Positions 60,182 to 64,000 of a stretch of DNA of 64,000 bases are shown here, one piece after another. The notes below the pieces were generated by a model that had not been told where the DNA came from, made no database searches, and was given only the letters and a program-made list of their open reading frames with translations. Position 1 is the stretch's first letter; the number at the start of each line of letters is the position of its first letter. Origin of the DNA: Lepidodermella squamata (lineage: Eukaryota; Animalia; Gastrotricha); contig JBLDXI010000015.1 of NCBI GenBank assembly GCA_047495785.1, positions 3,100,001 to 3,164,000 on the forward strand, in the 5' to 3' direction. The position numbers were made by a program, and so were the translations under genes.

Positions 60182-61929
60182 ATTTTAAACGCTGGCGCCG
60201 GCCGGAAAATAATGTACGCTTTCAGAAGTAAATGCAATAGAGCCCTTGCAAAAATAACCTAGCACTCGAAAGGGCGGCGTTGTCATGGGCAGTGAATGCT
60301 CTATTGAATACACATTCTGCTACATCACTCATGAAAAAAGTGAAAGGGAAATACATGTCAAAGTCTGCCCACTAAAGACTGCACCGTGAATGCATTCAAT
60401 TTGAACTAAAATTCTATGAAAGGGAGAAGCCAAAAACCCTTCAATTTTGTGAGATCTGTTTTAGGTAAAGATAACAGCGATATATATTTCAATTTCAGCC
60501 AGCTGCCAACTGATTTTTTTGTGTTTCTCAATCAAGTTTGGTCTTGTTTTCCAGCTTACCAATAACATTCAAAAAATCATCCCCACCACCAACATCGTGG
60601 CTACTACCATGCTGCATCAACTCCATTCATTTTTGTGCATTATGCTTAAAAGCAAAGCGCGTTTTATCAGGCCACTATAGTAGTATAGCGTATAGCATTT
60701 TAGTAGTACCGGTTGGCATGAGTACTATCATGGGTACGTATATTCTATGATATATACTGTTCGCTATATAATGTATAGGCATTTTATCTATTACTTTCAT
60801 GTGGTACGAGAGTACTATGCATTGCACTGTGAAAGCCCGCAATATACATAAGCTTTAACAGCTTTATTCGGTCGAGATAGCTGCCGTTTAATTCTCGCTT
60901 CGTTAAATGGGCGAATTAGCCTTTTCGAATTCGAATGAATCAGCCCACTTCATGGTGCAACTGATAGCTGGCTCTCTGTCTGGAGTTGCCGAGCATACCG
61001 TCATGTACCCAATCGACAGCGTGAAAACGCGGCTTCAAACGGGTGCGAACACTGCTGCAGTTTCAGGCTCAACTAATAATTCATCCTCCAATTCCATTCG
61101 AAGTATTCTAGTAAGAATGTGGAGACTAGAAGGTCCTTTCTCAATGACTAGAGGAATTACAGTCGCCGCAGCAGGATCTGCGCCTGCTCACGCCGTTTAC
61201 TTCACCACTTACGAAAGAACAAAGCATTTTGTTACCAATAAGCTGCCGTCGGATTCAAATTTTTCTGCGCCAATAAGTCAAGTCGTTGGAGCTTGCTGTG
61301 CGACTGTAATGCACGACGCTGTAATGAATCCAGCTGAAGTAATAAAACAACGAATGCAACTAAGTGGAGCAACTTTATCTGCTGCGAAGCCGTCTGGACC
61401 CTTTGCGTGTGCTGTTAATATCTGGCGGACAGAAGGAATCGTCGCATTCTATAGAAGTTACCCGACTCAGCTAGCAATGAACATCCCTTTTCAAATCGTT
61501 CATTTCGTAATATATGAGACAGCGCTGAAGTACTTGACGGAAAGGAAGGATTTCCAGCCACTATACCACTCAGTTGCTGGTGGAATTGGAGGCGCCTGTG
61601 CGGCTTTTCTAACCACTCCTCTTGATGTCTGCAAAACATTATTGAATACGCAGTGGTGCTTGAAGTCATCCGAAAAACCGGTTAAGAGCTTTTCGCAAGC
61701 AGCGCGAGCAGTTTTCGATAACTTTGGCATCAAAGGATTCTTTCGGGGATCAACCGCCCGAGTGCTTATCGAAGCTCCATCTGCTGCTGTTTCGTGGACA
61801 GTATTTGAGTTTTTCAAACATCATTTAACCGCACAAAAGCTGTTCTTATCCGATAATTGATGTCAAAGATGATAGGATGAAGGTCTTTCATGCCTCTTTC
61901 AGAAGTAAACTACCTCGGTTTTTTGCTTT
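60182..61929 (+). repeat. Tandem duplication unit 2
   Basis: Colinear homology with 57099-58854. Confidence 0.9.
60907..61860 (+). CDS. mfrn: Mitoferrin (mitochondrial iron carrier), copy 2, canonical
   Basis: Retains EHTVMYPID and PAHAVYF; intronless. Confidence 0.93.
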   Translation: MGELAFSNSNESAHFMVQLIAGSLSGVAEHTVMYPIDSVKTRLQTGANTAAVSGSTNNSSSNSIRSILVRMWRLEGPFSMTRGITVAAAGSAPAHAVYFTTYERTKHFVTNKLPSDSNFSAPISQVVGACCATVMHDAVMNPAEVIKQRMQLSGATLSAAKPSGPFACAVNIWRTEGIVAFYRSYPTQLAMNIPFQIVHFVIYETALKYLTERKDFQPLYHSVAGGIGGACAAFLTTPLDVCKTLLNTQWCLKSSEKPVKSFSQAARAVFDNFGIKGFFRGSTARVLIEAPSAAVSWTVFEFFKHHLTAQKLFLSDN

Positions 61930-61984
61930 AACTTCTTTATTCATGAATTGGCATTTAGGATTTAAATTACCATCATTTTCATTT

Positions 61985-63200
61985 TCAACTGGTAACGTAA
62001 GTATTAATCCAGTCCAAGACTGAGCAAACTTTGCCGTAGACGCCTGGGTACAACGGCTTACCGCAGCCATTGCCATAGCTCACGACCCCGCATAGTTTGA
62101 AATACCCATCTTCAACGACCATCAGTGGACCTCCTGAGTCACCTTGGCAAGTATCAACCGCAATCAAAACAATGCCACCATTTACTTGTCCTTTTTCAAA
62201 TATTAGAGAGAATATTCAAAAGGAATCTCGAAGACTCACCTGCACACATCATTCGGTCAGTATAAGGGTAGTACCGCAATGCACAGTAACTAGTTGAAAG
62301 GATATCGACGACGCCATGGCGAAGAGTCGAAGTTGCTGTGGTTGCGCTTTCTGAGGTGCTACCCCATCCAGTAATATACGCGTATTGACCTGCTTGGCAG
62401 CCATCGGAACATGATTTAGGCAGGCATATCCGCTGAACAGACCAGTCCGTGAAATTCAGTGGCGCTTTCATTGCCACAGAATTCATCTATCATTTTTCAG
62501 CAGTAGAAAAACTCACATTCCAGTTGCAGGAGGGCAAAGTCGTAATCGTCGGTGTTAGCATTGTATAGGTTATGCTGGATCAGGGTTTTGACTGTTAGCT
62601 GGAACTGGCCCTCGTCGAATATATTCACGTCGTAATCAGCAAAAGTAGCTTTGATTGATCTTGTTTAGCATATCGAAAGGAAACACGTTATAAAATGATA
62701 CTTGAGGGCTGAGGGCTGAATTTACCCTGCCACAGCACGGCTGCAAGTTTAATTAAGATATGTTTGGTTCGGTCAAGTCGGAATGCTCAATGTTACCTAC
62801 TATGTGCAATGAGCTGCTGTTATGAGCCAGTTGGCGCTGATAATGCTGGCACTGCAAAGTTCTGCGCCATTTATGGTCAAGCGAACAAGCCTTGAAGATT
62901 GAAGACAATTATCCACCTAGGCTGCTGAGATTAAAAGCCATCCAATTACCAAGGATACTGCCCCTTGGGTGCCAACCCTCCGCCAACAATGCCTGCTCCT
63001 GGTTTATTCAGGGAGTAATAGTTTTTGTTGTGCCCGCAAGAAGAATTGACTGCCGGTGGTGGTTTAGGGGTCGAAATTGATCCTGTATTCGAAGGGTTAT
63101 TTGTGACTTGGCTACCACACGCAACTGCTTGCTGTCCACAGTAGACGACCATTGCTGCCAGCGTCAGATAGGTACTGACCATCGCCCATCTAGTTAGCAT
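61985..63200 (-). CDS. Secreted trypsin-like serine protease, copy 1
   Basis: Signal peptide, [26 protein letters not shown]; multi-exon including a 15-nt microexon 62726-62740. Confidence 0.92.
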
Positions 63201-63400
63201 AGCTTTAACATAAATGAATAGATCTCTTAATGAATGAAAATGTAATAAGGAGCACTGATGATGCGCCCACAGCTCCTGTCATGCAGCTCGTATGGCTACG
63301 TTATTCACTATCAAACTCTATTATCAACATTTCATGCTACATTTATTGAGATTCTTTCCGTCACCAAATAAATTCGATTTGCGTTCACAATTTCGATAGT

Positions 63401-64000
63401 TCAATTGGTTACGTAAGTGTTAATCCAGCTCAGTACAGAGCAGACTTTAGAGTATACACCAGGATATGAAGCTCGAGCACAGCCCTTTCCGTAGCTGACA
63501 ATGCCGCAAAGCTTGTAAAAGCCGTCTTCCACCGTCATCAATGGCCCGCCCGAATCACCTTGGCAACTATCCACTCCACCGCCGGTGTAACCTTTGTAGA
63601 AAGATGCAACCGTCATTATCGGGTCAAATTAATCTTACCGGCGCAAATCATTCGATCAGTATAGCCCGAGTATCGCGTTGAACAAGAACTAGAACTTAAA
63701 ATATTTACGACTCCGTGTTGCATTGTCGACGACGCTTCGCTAGCAGATTCAGAGGTAGTTCCCCAGCCAGCTATGTATGCGTATTGATCAACTTGGCAAC
63801 CATCCGAGCAAGACTTTGGCAAACAAATCCGTTGAACCGACCAATCAGTGAAGCTTAGTGCAGCTGTGGAGTCAAAGCATCAACAGCGAATGATCTATGA
63901 GGTTTTTAATATTACGCTTACAATCAAGTTGGAGCAGGGCATAATCGTAATCATCAGCGTTTTGGTTGTAAAGATTGTGTTGAACTATTTTCTTTATTGA
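63401..64000 (-). CDS. Trypsin-like serine protease, copy 2 (5' end outside the window)
   Basis: [25 protein letters not shown]; intron positions match copy 1. Confidence 0.9.

Noticed and set aside
1-64000. Prokaryotic features (CRISPR, operons, defence islands), rRNA and tRNA
   Set aside because: Spliceosomal introns and metazoan gene families throughout; no repeat-spacer array or structured RNA gene recognised.

Overview
Gene-dense window from a compact invertebrate animal genome with spliceosomal introns mostly 48-66 nt. The organism cannot be determined from the sequence. The dominant feature is a same-strand array of nine GABA-B-like class C GPCR genes (12.3-47.9 kb): eight intact and one pseudogene, in three subfamilies with 0, 1 and 2 introns. 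Defence/sensing-type genes flank or interrupt the array: a five-exon TIR-ankyrin protein whose TIR domain the ORF track misses, an intronless signal-peptide ankyrin protein, a MACPF/C-type lectin/beta-trefoil pore-former candidate, a degenerate fucosyltransferase-like protein and a large orphan gene. The window also holds the 3' end of an SLC5 symporter, a MAM-astacin-EGF pseudo-protease, a divergent NOMPC/TRPN channel, an ANKRD34/63-like gene, tandem mitoferrins (one lacking two conserved iron-transport His) separated by a LINE remnant, and tandem trypsin-like proteases. All gene models were spliced by eye and family calls come from motif recognition, with no database searches.
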